Of a stretch of DNA of 64,000 bases, positions 50,818 through 63,772 are shown in pieces. The notes below the pieces were generated by a model. The model worked only from the letters and a program-made list of their open reading frames with translations, ran no database searches and was not told where the DNA came from. Made by a program: the position numbers and the translations under genes. Numbering within the stretch: the stretch's first letter is position 1; the number at the start of each line of letters is the position of its first letter. Origin of the DNA: Octopus sinensis (Eukaryota); the NCBI RefSeq assembly GCF_006345805.1, contig NC_042997.1:81840001-81904000 (forward strand), read 5' to 3'.

Positions 50818-51079
50818 ACAATCATAGTTGTCGGCGAGAATTAGATTTCCTTCACAAATACTTATACTTTTTCCAGCGTCCACTGTCGCTGATATTGAAA
50901 AAGTGAAATCAAACAATGATAAATATCAAAGTGAGTTATGTACAGTAGCGGTAACACATCGTGACGCATATTTGCCATTTCAATATGGCTACCCCTAAGG
51001 GTGGATGCTACTGTAGTTTTTAGCCCCAGGAGGACACACTCCTCCAGCTGGCCATAGACACACTTTCTGTGCCCTGTCA
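50818..51079 (-). mobile_element. 5' part of the retrozyme-like element (repeat X, leader, target duplication)
   Basis: Collinear with 33443-33699; repeat X matches 46007-46125; bounded by (TA)n at 51080. Confidence 0.85.
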
Positions 51080-51139
51080 TTATATATATATATACACTAC
51101 CAGAGATACCCGGCGTTTCTCGGGATTAAATGGCATAGG

Positions 51140-51360
51140 TTTTTATTGTTTTACTTGTTTCGGTCATGTGACTGCGTACATGCTGGAGCAACGCCTTTAG
51201 TTGAAGAAACTGACCACAGGATTTATTCTATCAGACTGTTTTGCCACACGGCTAAGTTATGGGGACGTGAACACAGCAACATCGGTTGTCAAGCGATGGT
51301 AGGGGGTACAAACACAGACACAGACATACACACACGCACACATACATATATATATATAAC
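51140..51360 (-). mobile_element. 3' half of tRNA-derived SINE family C
   Basis: Reverse complement of the cgcttgacaaccgatg...gtccccataacttagc...gatagaata...ctccagcatg...gaaacaagtaaa body. Confidence 0.8.
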
Positions 51361-51534
51361 AACATTGTATGCGACCTGAGATGTTTTCCTTGCCTTATAT
51401 ATATAACAAAGTGGATTTGTAAGGTACCACTCGAGTGAAATTATATATGAAAGAAGGTTTGAAAATGCAATTTTAAGAGATGTTTATTTACTTGACCGTT
51501 TTTACTATATATGTATGTATATATATATATATAT

Positions 51535-51581
<47 letters not shown>

Positions 51582-51719
51582 CAGGATTGGTGTGTGATAA
51601 GTAGCTTGCTTCCCAACTGCGTGGCACCCTAGGCAAGTGTCTTCTACTTTAGCCTCGGGCTGACCAAAGCCTTGTGAGTGTGAGTGGATTATGTAGACGG
51701 AAACTGAAAGAAGCACGTC

Positions 51720-51722
<3 letters not shown>
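51582..51722 (+). mobile_element. SINE family C, 5' half
   Basis: gtgtgataagtagcttgct...ggcaagtgtcttctac...caaagccttgtgagt...gtagacggaaactgaaagaagc, similar to 52568-52730. Confidence 0.75.
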
Positions 51723-51784
<62 letters not shown>

Positions 51785-51829
51785 TATATGAAAGAATGGA
51801 GCTGAACGACTAGTTAACAAATATCCTTT

Positions 51830-51914
51830 ATTTTCGACATATGTTTCGAAGGCTGCATATTCCTAATTCCGAAGAAATAAGGAGTACATTATGCAGATTT
51901 CTCATCAGGAAAAT
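51830..51914 (-). ncRNA. Type I hammerhead ribozyme with intact core and long stem II
   Basis: Minus strand: auuuuc CUGAUGA [gaa..cugcaua..uccu..c-UUCG-g..agga..uaugcag..uuc] GAAAC auau GUC gaaaau. All core positions canonical; 6-bp stem I. Confidence 0.85.
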
Positions 51915-51991
51915 CAAGGAACTTATGTCGACATCAAAATACACAAAAAACCTTTTAGCTGAGCGCTCTCGAGGAGCCCATTGCGATAATG

Positions 51992-52471
51992 AGTGTCTCT
52001 TTATAAGGAGTGACGTCAGAGTGGCTGAATGTAGAAGACACCCCAAAAGTCAAAAAGATTTTCTTATATTTCCAATTACTACTATCCATTCTTGCGTTGC
52101 CTCTCACCTCGCCCGATTCTTTCTCCCTTTCGCTATCTACTTTCCTTTCTCTACAGTAAACATAATCGAACACACAGACACAGACCTGTCACCTCACAGC
52201 TGTCAGTTTTCTGACATCTACCCATCCACAAACACAATCACGCATTCAGACACACACATACACACATTAAGACAGTTATATACAGTCACACACACATGCA
52301 CTCATTCATAAAAGAAATCATTTAAACCCACCATTCTTTTGACCTGCACTCTCTCACCTTACTATTCTTATGCCTCCCTCCTCCTACTTCGTTTGAACCC
52401 TTGAACCTTTTGAACCTTCTACATTCTTCTACATTCAGCCACTCTGACGTCACTCCTTATAAAGAGACACT
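51992..52471. repeat. 47-bp perfect inverted repeat (51992-52038 / 52425-52471) upstream of the hammerhead
   Basis: Direct comparison. Resembles the inverted pLTR fragments of Penelope-like insertions (inference). Confidence 0.8.
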
Positions 52472-52567
52472 TATATTGGTGTACATGTAATATGTACACA
52501 TATATATTCACATATATACATGTATACATATATACACCCATACACACACACCCACACTCATAAATAT

Positions 52568-52911
52568 GTGCAGGTGTGGCTGTGTAGTAACAAACTTGGT
52601 TCCAAAACACATGGTCCTGGGTTCAGTCCCATTGTATGGTGACTTGGCATATGTCTTCTGCTATAGCCTCAGACCAACGAAAGCCTTGTCAGTGGATTTT
52701 GCAGACAGAAACTGAAAGAAATCAATCGTATATATATGTATGTATATATGTAAGTCTGTGTGTGTGTCTTTGTGTTTCTCCTTCATCGCTGCCTCACAAC
52801 TGGTGTTCGTTTATTTACATCCCCATAACTTACTGGTTTCACAAGAAGAAACTGATAGAATAAGTACCAGGCTTATCAAAATATAAAAGACACTAGGCAG
52901 TATCTCATATC

Positions 52912-52987
<76 letters not shown>

Positions 52988-53205
52988 TACATATATATAT
53001 ATATATATATGGATTTCGTAGACAGAAAATTAAAGAAATCAATCGTATATATATGTATGTATATATTTAAGTGTATGTGTGTGATTTTGTTTCTGTGTTT
53101 CACCCTCATCACTGCTTCACAAATGCTGTTTGTTTATTTACATCCCCATAACTTACTGGTTTCACAAGAAGAAACTAATAGAATAAGTCCAGGCTTATCA
53201 ATATA
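52568..53205 (+). mobile_element. SINE family C copy plus a repeated 3' half
   Basis: gtggctgtgtagtaa...gggttcagtccca head; the gaaactgaaagaaatcaatcgtata...catccccataacttactggtttcacaagaagaaact block appears twice. Confidence 0.8.
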
Positions 53206-53271
53206 AAAGAAGCACTACGCTGTGTCTCATATTTTTGTTTACCCACTCAGTTGTATCTATCAATTTATCTT

Positions 53272-53305
<34 letters not shown>

Positions 53306-53322
53306 ATACACACACACACACT

Positions 53323-53356
<34 letters not shown>

Positions 53357-53379
53357 CACATGGATGTATATGTGTACAT

Positions 53380-54934
53380 TCATATTTATTATATCAAAGA
53401 CAATGTTTTTATGCGTTCGTGTATTACTTGTACATTCGAATACTGCTGCACCGATCTTAATGAAATTTGGAACACAAAATCGATGCCTAGGGAGAAGGGT
53501 AATGCTGCGTGTTTCATAGAATTTTATGGACCAAAATTACTGAATGGATCCTTATGATATTTGAAACTTAGATTCAATGCATAAGGGCGGGTATAATGCA
53601 ATATGTTTGGTTTGAATTTCAGATGGCTTAAAGGGGGCAGAACCCCACATGAAAATTCATAAATTTTCGATGTTGATGAAATTTCAACCATGGGTAATTG
53701 ACACACATCAAGAAGTATTCTCAAAGTTTCCACTTCACATGAGGATTCTAAGACACCCTAATGGGGGTCTTAACTCCCAAATTTTAGTCATTTCTTTCAT
53801 CAACCAAAACTAAGTAAAAAGTACTGAATGGATCTTTATGAAATTTGGAAATTATATTCTATGCATGAGGGCCACAACCCCCATGACAATTCATATATTT
53901 TTGTTGTGATGTAATTTTAACCATAGATATTAGATACAAATGAAGTAATATTTATAAAATTTCATCTTCTTACAAGTTAGAAAGGCCCCTTCATGGGGAC
54001 TTAACACCCACAATTTAGTCATTTTATCTAAGCAAAGACAAATAGTTGTATTCTTTGAAGGTGTGGGGCCATCCGAGCATAGAAGATGAGCATTATTTGT
54101 AATTCAATGGTACAACAGTGTAAGAGTTTGCTTTGACATACACTTACATTGTGATTTCTGCAATGTGCTGCATAAATTGTCAAGTAAAGGAGAGGCATCT
54201 TTACCTCCACTGATTCAGTTGCAAAGTGTTGAGTAAAGTTATTTAATTACAGATCTCCTTTCAGTCTTTTTATTATCACTGGTTCACACATAGTCCCCAC
54301 ATGGTAACATTGATTTCAAGGCTTTCCCAGATGAGTAACTAGTTATTCAAAGACATTTATAGATCTTATATTTATTCTGTCCAGTTACGTATCAGTATAG
54401 TGGTCATTTGCAAACTCCAACTTTCATTTCTCATTAGCCCTCACGTCACACAGTTGTTAATATTTATTTCAGTTGGGTCATGCCCTTCCAATTGCTATAG
54501 ATTCGTAACGCATCTTACGGCTGTGCCTGTCACCTGCATGGTGAGGAATACTACATTGGGAGTGGTAACGACTAGGGTAGGTTAGCTGACTGCTTATTGT
54601 GATCATTCGTCTTTTGGTTTCCTGTAGCTTTGCTCTCTTTTACAAACCCAGTGAACATATATTTCCTATTTCAAAGAAATTCAAACAATAGATATGAGAC
54701 CCAAGTTAAAAAGATTCTCAACAATTCAACTTCTCTGGTTGACATTAAGATGCCCACCCCTAATAGGGGCGTTAACTCTCACATTTTAGAGCTCCAATAC
54801 ATAACCCTCATCTGTAATTTTGATGAAATTCGAAATTCGAAACAAAGGTATTCCAGTTTATCACAGAAAATATAACAGAAAAGTCTAATTCTTCAAGTGT
54901 TTGTAACTCGGGCAACGCCGGGTAACTCTGCTAG
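53380..54934 (+). mobile_element. Non-autonomous Helitron
   Basis: Ends cgggcaacgccggg hairpin + CTAG|T at 54931-54935. The 5' part has recurrent gatc.t.atgaaatttgg subrepeats. Homologous in reverse to 27261-28298. Confidence 0.8.
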
Positions 54935-55295
54935 TTATACCTAAAATCTCCAAGAAGTTAAGGGGATAGAAAAAGAACTTGCAGACATACTCCAGTATAG
55001 AAGTTACTAAATTTTCAAGAAGATATACATTGTTTCAGACCCTGATTATCACTGATTTTTTTTTTTTTTATGGGGTCAGTTTTAATGCTCTGCATTTTAA
55101 AATGATGTAAGGTTTGCATTATTCAATTAAATGGAGTTGCATGAAACGATCGGACTGCATTACCTCTGGATATCCTTGACGCTTATTTTGATTTTAATCA
55201 CCTTACTTTGAAATTGTATGGATAATACCGTACTAAATTCTTGTGCCTCAACTTAAGTACCATATTCATCTGAATCTAAATTTTTGCTATATATA

Positions 55296-55830
55296 CAGGG
55301 TGTCCCAAAAAAATGTATACACTTGCTGCAACAGTCTGTCATGCCAAGCATTAGAGAGGACTTTGAACAGGAAGAGTTTTATTTCCAGCAAGATGGGGCA
55401 CCTCCACACTACCATCGCGATGTTAGATCCTTTCTTGATGGGATCTTGCCAAACAGGTGGATTGGACGGAGAGGTTTTGTTGAATACCCTCCACGTTCAC
55501 CAGACCTCACATCACCAGACTTCTTTTATGGGGATACCTAAAGGACACAGTCTACGCACAGAAACCTGCAACAGTCGTTCAATTAAGGGCAACCATTGAA
55601 CATGAATATACGAATATCCCAAGGGAATTGTTCCATGATGTGTGTCATTCCATCGCTTCACGTTGTCAGCAGTGTCTGGAGCAGAACGGACATCAGTTTG
55701 AGAACATGCGATAACAAGACAATAGAATGATATTTGTAAATTCTTTTACATGTTGAAAATTATTCTAATTATAATAAACCCCAAATTTACAATTATTTAA
55801 GGTGTGTATACATTTTTTGGGGACACCCTG
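55296..55830 (+). mobile_element. Internally deleted Tc1/mariner element of the DD41D (rosa-type) group
   Basis: 27-bp TIRs (cagggtgtcccaaaaaaatgtatacac and a near-exact reverse complement) with TA on both sides. FQQDGAPPH...YPPRSPDLTSPDFF has 41 residues counted between the two Asp. Confidence 0.88.
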
Positions 55831-55877
55831 TATATGTGTATATATATATATATAAAAATAGTGGTTTTGTCTCGAAT

Positions 55878-55917
<40 letters not shown>

Positions 55918-56039
55918 GGTGTTTGTAAGCCATTTAAGGAACACACAAAAGCCGGTCGATTCACTTCAACATTTAAGTTTAATTTTTCAAAATATTTTCG
56001 TCGTTTTAAGACCGCGAACTGTTCACCATTCAGCTAGAG

Positions 56040-56945
56040 CCACAGTTGCCTCAACCTCTGCGCATGTCTGCGCATCAACAGCCAAGGTATCCCTAGCCCA
56101 CCCTTTAACGGTTGTTGGCAGCAAGTAGAGCGTTTCACAAGCGGTTTCGAGCCCTTCCAGAAAAATGAGAAGAGCTGTCTTCCAGCTTGTTCAACCACGA
56201 ATCAGGGCAAAGAACGACGGTTAGGCAGAAGCTGATGACCGATGCGATGAACACATTGGCTACCTCCGCCCTCCCTTCCAAGGATAGCCACCGCCAAGAC
56301 CAGGCCTTGACTATGTGGGTCACCTGCTCGATACCTCAGACCAGTTCTTCTCTATTTGGAGGTCTGGTCCAAACCAACTCCTAGCAACTTAATCGGACCC
56401 TCCGTCCAACGTCCCATGACGCTGTCAGGGGGCAACGATTTGCCTCTCCGAGTGCCGAGCTGCAAGCCGACTGACTTTTCACGATTAACTTTTGCTCCTG
56501 CAACCGACTTGTAAACATTAATGGCATTGCCTACCCTCTGTTGGTGATCCATTTCGGTTACGATGATGGTGATGTCATCCGCGTAAGCTTAATCCGACTT
56601 TCCACAACCCGGCTGTCTCGGGATTCCGCTCAGTTCTCGCAGTAATGGCTGAAGAGCCATCACGTACAAAAGCGGGGAGAGCGGACACCCTTGACGAACT
56701 GAGCTTTTGATGTTGAACGGCCTTGATAAGAAGCCGTTCACCCGACCTAGCGAGTCGCTGTTGTCATAAATCTGAATGATCCACATGAGGAAGCCAAGAC
56801 CCAGGCCGAACTGTGCCAGAGCGGACACCAGATAGTGATGGTTACCCTATCAAATGCCGTAGATCGGTCTAAATGGACCAGTGCCCCACTCTTGCCAGAA
56901 TCACTATTAAATCCCGCTAAAGTGTACCGTATAAGATGGAGACTA
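56040..56945 (-). mobile_element. Tx1-clade RT fragment
   Basis: SSVRQGCPLSPLLYVMAL, GAKVNREKSVGLQLGT and LEGRAEVANVFIAS, homologous to 47161-48200. Confidence 0.88.
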
Positions 56946-57249
56946 TTTGTCTAGCCAACGTGTGAGCTAGAGCATTGTTGAAGGGTTCACATAATGTGTG
57001 ACGAAAGAACTTTGACAAAGCAACTATAATATAAAAATAAAGCTGAAGTGAAGACCAACTGCAAAATCCGTGAGTTTAAATGGCAAAATATAACCATTTA
57101 AAAGTACCACAATATCTGTTTCAAAACATGGTTACACGTGAAGCATCTTGCAAAACAAATACATAAAAGAAAATACAATTTTTGCACAAATAGCACGTGC
57201 AAATACAACCACCTAAGATGACAAAACGCACAAACCATGCCCTGACGGG

Positions 57250-58880
57250 GTCTCATATGCTATCACACAAACACAACAAAATATAAATTTGTCGATAGGC
57301 GATTTAAAAAATGCAAAATGCATGTTTTGAAGAAATGGAAAAAGAGTACAGGAGACACTGAGAAAAGCAATAGCATATAAAACTAAATGAGTTGAAAGAT
57401 GTAGATTAGAACGAGAGACGCAAGAGGGAAGGGATATGGTACTGTACGTGTAAGATATCCCACAGAGGAAGAGGAGGAAACGAAACACTCCTCTTTGACG
57501 GTGTTCATATATCTGGGTTGCAGAATGGCGAAAATAATAATGGAAAACATTTTACTAGAAATAGACATCTCCTGGTTGGTGGCATGAACAAAATAAATAT
57601 CCTACAGGCGCGAAAACTGCATAAACAAAACTTTTGCGAGCAGTACTTGGATTTATGGATGCGAATGGATAGAACAAATTTACCAGATTGCACCAAACTT
57701 CCATGTGGCTGTGGAGGGATGAAATCCGATGTTTCACCTGTGTGGAGACATAAATCATCTCAAGTCCTTTTCCCCGCAACAAAAGAGAAAATAGAGAGTC
57801 CCGCCTTTGCCGACAGCACCACCACAACAACACGCAGCAACAGCACCAGCTAATACCGCTGACCACTACAGCTGCAAAAACAACAGTATCATTAGCTTTA
57901 CCAGTAATCATGGCAGCACCGACCTCATTAAACGTAACAACAACATGAACAAGAGCAGTGAAGGCAACAGCAGCGAACAGAACAGGGAACTCACGAACAT
58001 CTAAGTCTTTCACATATCAGACAACAGCGAAAATAACAGCATCAGAATTCCCCAATATAAGAAATTTATTATCAACAGAACAACGGTAAAAGTCTCCCAA
58101 AGAGATGTCCCACTCGTGTTCGTAACAGTCAGACAAATCCTGCGGCCATGGGGACGACGAAGAGCCTAAATGTCAAAAAGTTGGCAGATCTGATAAATTA
58201 AAAGGAAATAAAATATAGCCATACCAACACAAAATCTGGCAGGTATGATCAGAGCGGGGAAATCTCTTTGAGAATAAATACACACATAACAGCCCCCGCA
58301 CCAACAGCAGCGTCACCAGTAATGTCAACATCATTCCCATCGATACCATCACCACCACCATTATCAAAAACACAACCCTCACGAGCACAACATAATTCAC
58401 ACACGCACAACTCTCAGATCGCAAATGTCAAACATCATTAACTACACAGCAATAAGCAAGAACAATAAAGACCTGAAGGAACGCATATATAACCATACAG
58501 ACAACGCAGCCCAGTTTTATCACACCAACAAACAACGTACCAACGCGCATAACAGTTATCCTTAGGATTGTCCGTATAAATGCACGTGATTTGGGGTTTC
58601 CTATGAAGCATAGTCATCTACTCGGCAACCTCAGATTACGAAGTGTAGATGTAGTGGCTCTCAGTGAAACCAGGCTCTGACTGACAATCGTTCATGCCGA
58701 TTTTCGGTGATTTACGCTCAGACAGGAGTAGGACAACAAACCTTTTTTATGCGTCTGGAGGTTTTCCTAGTAATTCCTGTTTTAGTGGGCGATTTAAACG
58801 CCGTCGTAGAGCCATAGTTCGACTGTGTGGGGCTAACGGATAGTAAAGTGGGGTGTAAAAGCCTCACAAACCTGCTGAGC
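57250..58880 (+). mobile_element. Decayed Tx1-clade ORF1 + partial APE endonuclease
   Basis: LYV*DIPQ and VEG*NPMFHLCGDINHLK (ORF1 homology); RINARDL...DVVALSETRL and VLVGDLNAV (APE motifs). Confidence 0.65.
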
Positions 58881-58984
58881 AATGGGATCGATGAAATCAA
58901 CCTACCTCATTTCTCTCAATTGCTGGCCTTGTGCGAAAATTTGAAAGCATTATTATTGTTATTATTAGCTGCTGTCGCGTGTAG

Positions 58985-59515
58985 GACGGATACGGCTATC
59001 AGCTGAATCGATAGTGAAGATTGTCCCGCCAACTCCCTTTAACCGGAAGGGGCAGGCAATTTTTTATTTATCTGGTGGTTGTAGAGAAAGAGGTAGTGTG
59101 GTGGACACGTTTGAAAGGGCTAAAGACATACACTTTCGTCTTTGGCCAAACCCTCATCAACTTCAAATCTCACTTGAGAAGGAAAGTGAGGGTGAAGAGG
59201 GAAATGTCTTCTACCAAATTTGTTGAAATGTAGGTGGATGTTAGATAAATGGCCAGTGTGAATGGACCAATTCTGAGAATACACCTGCAAAAAGAATAAA
59301 AGGAGGAGGGCTCTTGTTCAGTTGATCAGGAACCCGTGGCTTTTGTTGCTTTTTCCGCGAGTAACCATTAAAGAGCCTACCACTATTGGGAGTTTTACTT
59401 GTTACTTCTGGATTGTTATTTAATGTTTACATGAATGTGAAAACCCTTTGTAACGTCTTGTGTTGTCTTTTATGTATAATTTATATTAGCCCTTGTAGCC
59501 CATAAAAGAATAAAT
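58985..59515 (+). mobile_element. Tx1-clade C-terminus and 3' UTR
   Basis: SIVKIVPPTPFNRKGQA and VVVEKEVVWWTRLKG...FKSHLRRKV align with SMIKMIPPTGLSKEGEA and VVVKECMWRTRMEG...FRYHLKSKM at 46397-46993. Ends in AATAAA. Confidence 0.75.
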
Positions 59516-59534
59516 TATTATTACTATTATTATT

Positions 59535-62500
59535 ATTTCTATTTCTTGCTTCCATTTCTTGCCGAGTGTCTTCCCGACTCCTAGGGCAAAGAAACTCATA
59601 GTATACATTGGTAGGCCATTAAACCAAACTCAATAGTTCGTTCATTTTTTTTATTTTTTTTTTTAAGTTAAATTAAAATACATGAGCAGCAACAGTTCTC
59701 ACATCGACAATGCTCTTCTCAATACGTGTGATATACCAGTTAAGACAATCTTTTGCACTTCTTGCAGGAATGGTAAGCCAGGGATCATTCTCATATAATT
59801 TTCGGTTCCCTTCTTGATCATTCCTAGTGCTCCTACGATCACTGGTATTGTAACCGCCTTGAGATGCCACATTTTCTCAATTTCAATGAGTAGGTCTTTA
59901 TATTTTCTGAGCTTGTCAAACTCTTTCGCTGAGATATATGATCACAGGGGATGCTCATGTCGATCAATAAGCAAACTTTATTGTTTTGGTCTTTCACAAC
60001 AATATCTGGTTTATTGGCCTTGATGGTTCGGTCTGTATGTATTGGAAAGTCCCACAGAATGGTTACATTTTCTCCTTCAGTTACAGCCTCAGGGTGGTGA
60101 TTATACCACTTGTCGGCAGTTTTGATATTGTAATGCCGACTTATTAGCCAGTAGAGATATTGGCCAACTCTGTCATGTCTTAATTTATACTCCACTGGAG
60201 CAAAGACTTTACATCCAGAGATTAGGTGGTCCACTGTTTCAATCATGTCGTTGCAGAATCGGCATTTTGGGTCTGCTCCATTTTTCATCACATTGGCCTG
60301 GTAGTTCCGGGTTAATAGGCTTTGATCTTGAGCAGCCAGGATGAAACCTTCGCTCTCTGCTTTTAGCCCTGAGCTCCGTAGCCACTGATGGGTTTGCTTC
60401 TGGTCAACATCAGCTTGTTTGCTGCGGGTCACATATTTGCCGTGCAGAGGTTTCTCCTCCCACCTATCAGCCAATTGCTCGTGCGCTTTTTTCGTTGCCA
60501 TTATTTTCAACTTCTTTGCAACAACAATTGCCGTACTTCCCTTGGGTTGTTCTGTTTGGGTATCCTACACGAGATCAATAGCAAATGTTTTGCTTTCCTT
60601 TATGATAGAATGAAGCTTCTTTCGTCTCTCGTGATTTTCCACGAGCTTTAGCATCCAGTCATTCGATATTTCGAGATATTTGGCCAGTCCAATTGTGGTT
60701 GTTATGTAAGCGAGTTCAAATTGGATCAGGCCTCGACCTCCTTGGGCTCTGGGAAGGTAAAGGCGATCTACGTCTGCCTTTGGGTGATGCATCCTATTAC
60801 AACTCAGCAGCTTGCGTATTTTCCTATCTATATTCTTTATTTCACTCATATTCCAGTTCAACACATTGTAGCTATAAGTAACAACTGGAACTGCTAGGGA
60901 ATTTATAGCTAACACCTTGTTACGTGCATTTAGTTCAGATTTCAGGACTGCACGAACTCTCCTATAACATTCCTTCCTGATCTTCTCTTTCATGCTTGCA
61001 TGCTGAATACCAGAGCCTTCATTTATCCCTAAATATTTGTATGTTTGTTCTTGCTCAAGCTCTCTTATGATTGTGTCAACATCTAACACGACTGAATTTG
61101 TGGTCTTCACTTTCCCTCTCTGGAAAGTGGCCTTGGCACACTTCTCAAGTCCAAACTCACAGTGCGCAAGAGGCCTTCAAGTTCATTATTGTCTTTACCA
61201 TAAAGTTTTAAGTCATCCATATAAAATAGATGGTTTATTTTTTTATTGGCAATTTTATACCCATACCCTGTTCTGTTTAATTCACTTGTAAGGGGTATTA
61301 GGGCTATGCAGAATATTAAAGGTGAAAGTGAGTCACCTTGAAAAATTCCACAGTTGATGTTTATATTTTCTGAGGCAAGTAGTCCATTAGAGTGGTATAA
61401 TTGGAGATTCGTATTCCACAACGACATATTGTGCTTCAGGAAGTTTGAAATCACAGGGGAAATTTTGAAGATGTCCAGCGATCTCAAGATCCATGGATGC
61501 GGTATACTGTCGAAGGCCTTTTTATAGTCAATCCATGCTGTGCTGAGATTTCTGCGCTTGTTGTGACAGTTCTCAAGGATCATACGATTGATTAGCCGTT
61601 GATCTTTGCATCCGTAAGAGCCTCGGCGGCACCCTTTTTGTTCAATGGGGAAAATATCGCTCTTCTCCATGAATGCATATGTTTTCTCCGCCAGGATAGA
61701 TGTTAGGATTTTATACGTGGTGGATAGACAGGTTATAGGCCGATAGTTTTTTGGAAGGTTGGTTTCGTTATTCTTTGGGAGTAGGTAAGTAATGCCACTT
61801 GCTAACCATTCAGGTGTTTTCTTTGGGTCTCTCATAATTCCATTGAGCAGCTGAACTAGCTTACCGTGTGCGCATGGGAGCGATGCGAGCCAGAAATTCG
61901 GCACCCTATCTTTACCGTGGGATTTCCAATTATGGGCCTTCGTGAGTGCCTTTCTTAGGTCTGCTATTGTGATGTCTTCCCATGCATGTTGTTGTAAATT
62001 TTGGTAGGATCCTTCAGTTTGTATAATCCAGTCTGCATTTATGTTGTACGTCTTCTTGTCACTCCAAATACTTTTCCAAAAGTTTTGAACTTCTTCCTTG
62101 GGAGGGGGGTCTTTAACGGTTACTTTCTCCTTCCCTATTTCTCTGTAGAATTTTTTGGCATTGGATGTGAACAGCTTATTTTGCTTGTAAAACTTGTTTC
62201 TCTTCTCAAATCTTCGTATTCTTTGGGCTTTTGCTTGGACTTTTTGTTTCAGCGTTTCTTTTATTGATATCAGTTCTTCTCTTGGTGAGGATCCAAATTT
62301 TCTCTTCATCTTTCTTCCTGTTCTGGATCTTACATCATTTCCACATATTAGTTAATTTAATATTGATATTTCCCCTCTCATAAATTCAATCTCTTTTTCA
62401 ATTTTACTTCTCCAGGTTTGATTTCTTCCCAGGTTTGGTTTTCTTTGTTTTTTCGGGGGCATACAGCTGGTTTCAATTGCCCTAGCAGAAGCGTAAATAA

Positions 62501-63447
62501 TTTAATTTAACTCAGTAAAATCAGGTTTTAATTCTCGTATTATTTCATTTGTTACATAGTTGCCAATTTGGATTTGTTTTTTATTTTAGTTTGTATTTGA
62601 GAGTTTATGAAGTGGTTCTCTATCATTCATACTTGTATGTCATACAACTTCAAGTGTATTCAGGATTTTCTGCCTCATTTCTGCCATAGACTCTCTGTGT
62701 TCTTCAGCAAATGCGAGATCTTCAGTTACTGTTGTTTTTTCGTTTTCCTTGCTATCTTTAACAGGTACAATAGAATTTCTTGTATCTTCAGGCCTTTGCG
62801 TACTTTGGTCAGATGGCAGTCTTTCAATTAAGCCTGTTCATCTGATTCTTCATTTTCTTTGTGTCTTATATTTATGTCATTTTCCGTTGCGTGCTTGATC
62901 GCACTTATTTCACTGTCTGTGAGTCTGTTATTTCTAAGGATATCCCTCCTCACATTTGCTAATTTGTTCTCGTCCAAATAGGGCCTACTGTCTTGATTCC
63001 GTGTTCTCCATATACTGTAATAGTTTGCGGTGTGTCTCTCTTGAGATGGCCTACCTAATGCATAGTAATAAGCTTATATTACTTCTTTATACTCTTCTCG
63101 GGTCCATTTGTTCCGCTTACATTTTTCTTTCTGTGGTGGATTTGGTGGTGAACTTGGAGGGCTCGAGTTGGGGGATATCCCGTTCAAGTGACCATCCATG
63201 TCCGTATTCGGAGAAGAGTTTGTGCCAGTTGATGACTTTTCGATCCCAGGCTGGCTCTTCCCTGGGGGACGCGCTTCCAGATTAACCATAGGATAAGCGA
63301 TTTGGTATACTGATTTAGTTTTCCTTTTAGTTTCCAAAAACATTTTGGTGCTACGATAATGTTATCATTTTTTAGCTTTGGTTGGCTCGTGGGGAGACGG
63401 CCATCATTGCCGTTACAATTATAATCGTACCATTTTAGCTGCCGTAG
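59535..63447 (-). mobile_element. Near full-length R4/Dong-clade element between (TTA)n tracts
   Basis: N-terminal RNKWTREEYKEVI; RT 61107-62309 (NYRPITCL, AWIDYKKAFDSIPH, GIFQGDSLSP, YMDDLKLYG); KCRFC...ETVDHLISGC, RHDRVG, LWDFPIHTD, KPDIVV, IDMSIP. A few frameshifts and stops. Confidence 0.93.
61107..62309 (-). pseudogene. 400-aa RT segment of the R4/Dong element
   Basis: ORF track; frameshifted at its 3' end into 60565-61110. Confidence 0.85.
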
Positions 63448-63478
63448 TCGGCTTATTATTTTATTATTATTATTATTA

Positions 63479-63517
<39 letters not shown>

Positions 63518-63543
63518 TATTACTATTATTATTATTATTATTA

Positions 63544-63594
<51 letters not shown>

Positions 63595-63729
63595 TACTAT
63601 CATTATTATTATTATTATTTTTTTTTTCTATTATTATTATTATATTATTATTATTATATTATTATTATTATTATTATTATATTATTATTATTTCTATTAT
63701 TATTATTATTATTATCATTATTATTTCTA

Positions 63730-63772
<43 letters not shown>

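Noticed and set aside
63340-63447. HDV-like ribozyme at the R4 5' end
   Set aside because: A P3/L3-like hairpin is visible, but I could not find matching P1, P1.1 and P2 pairings.
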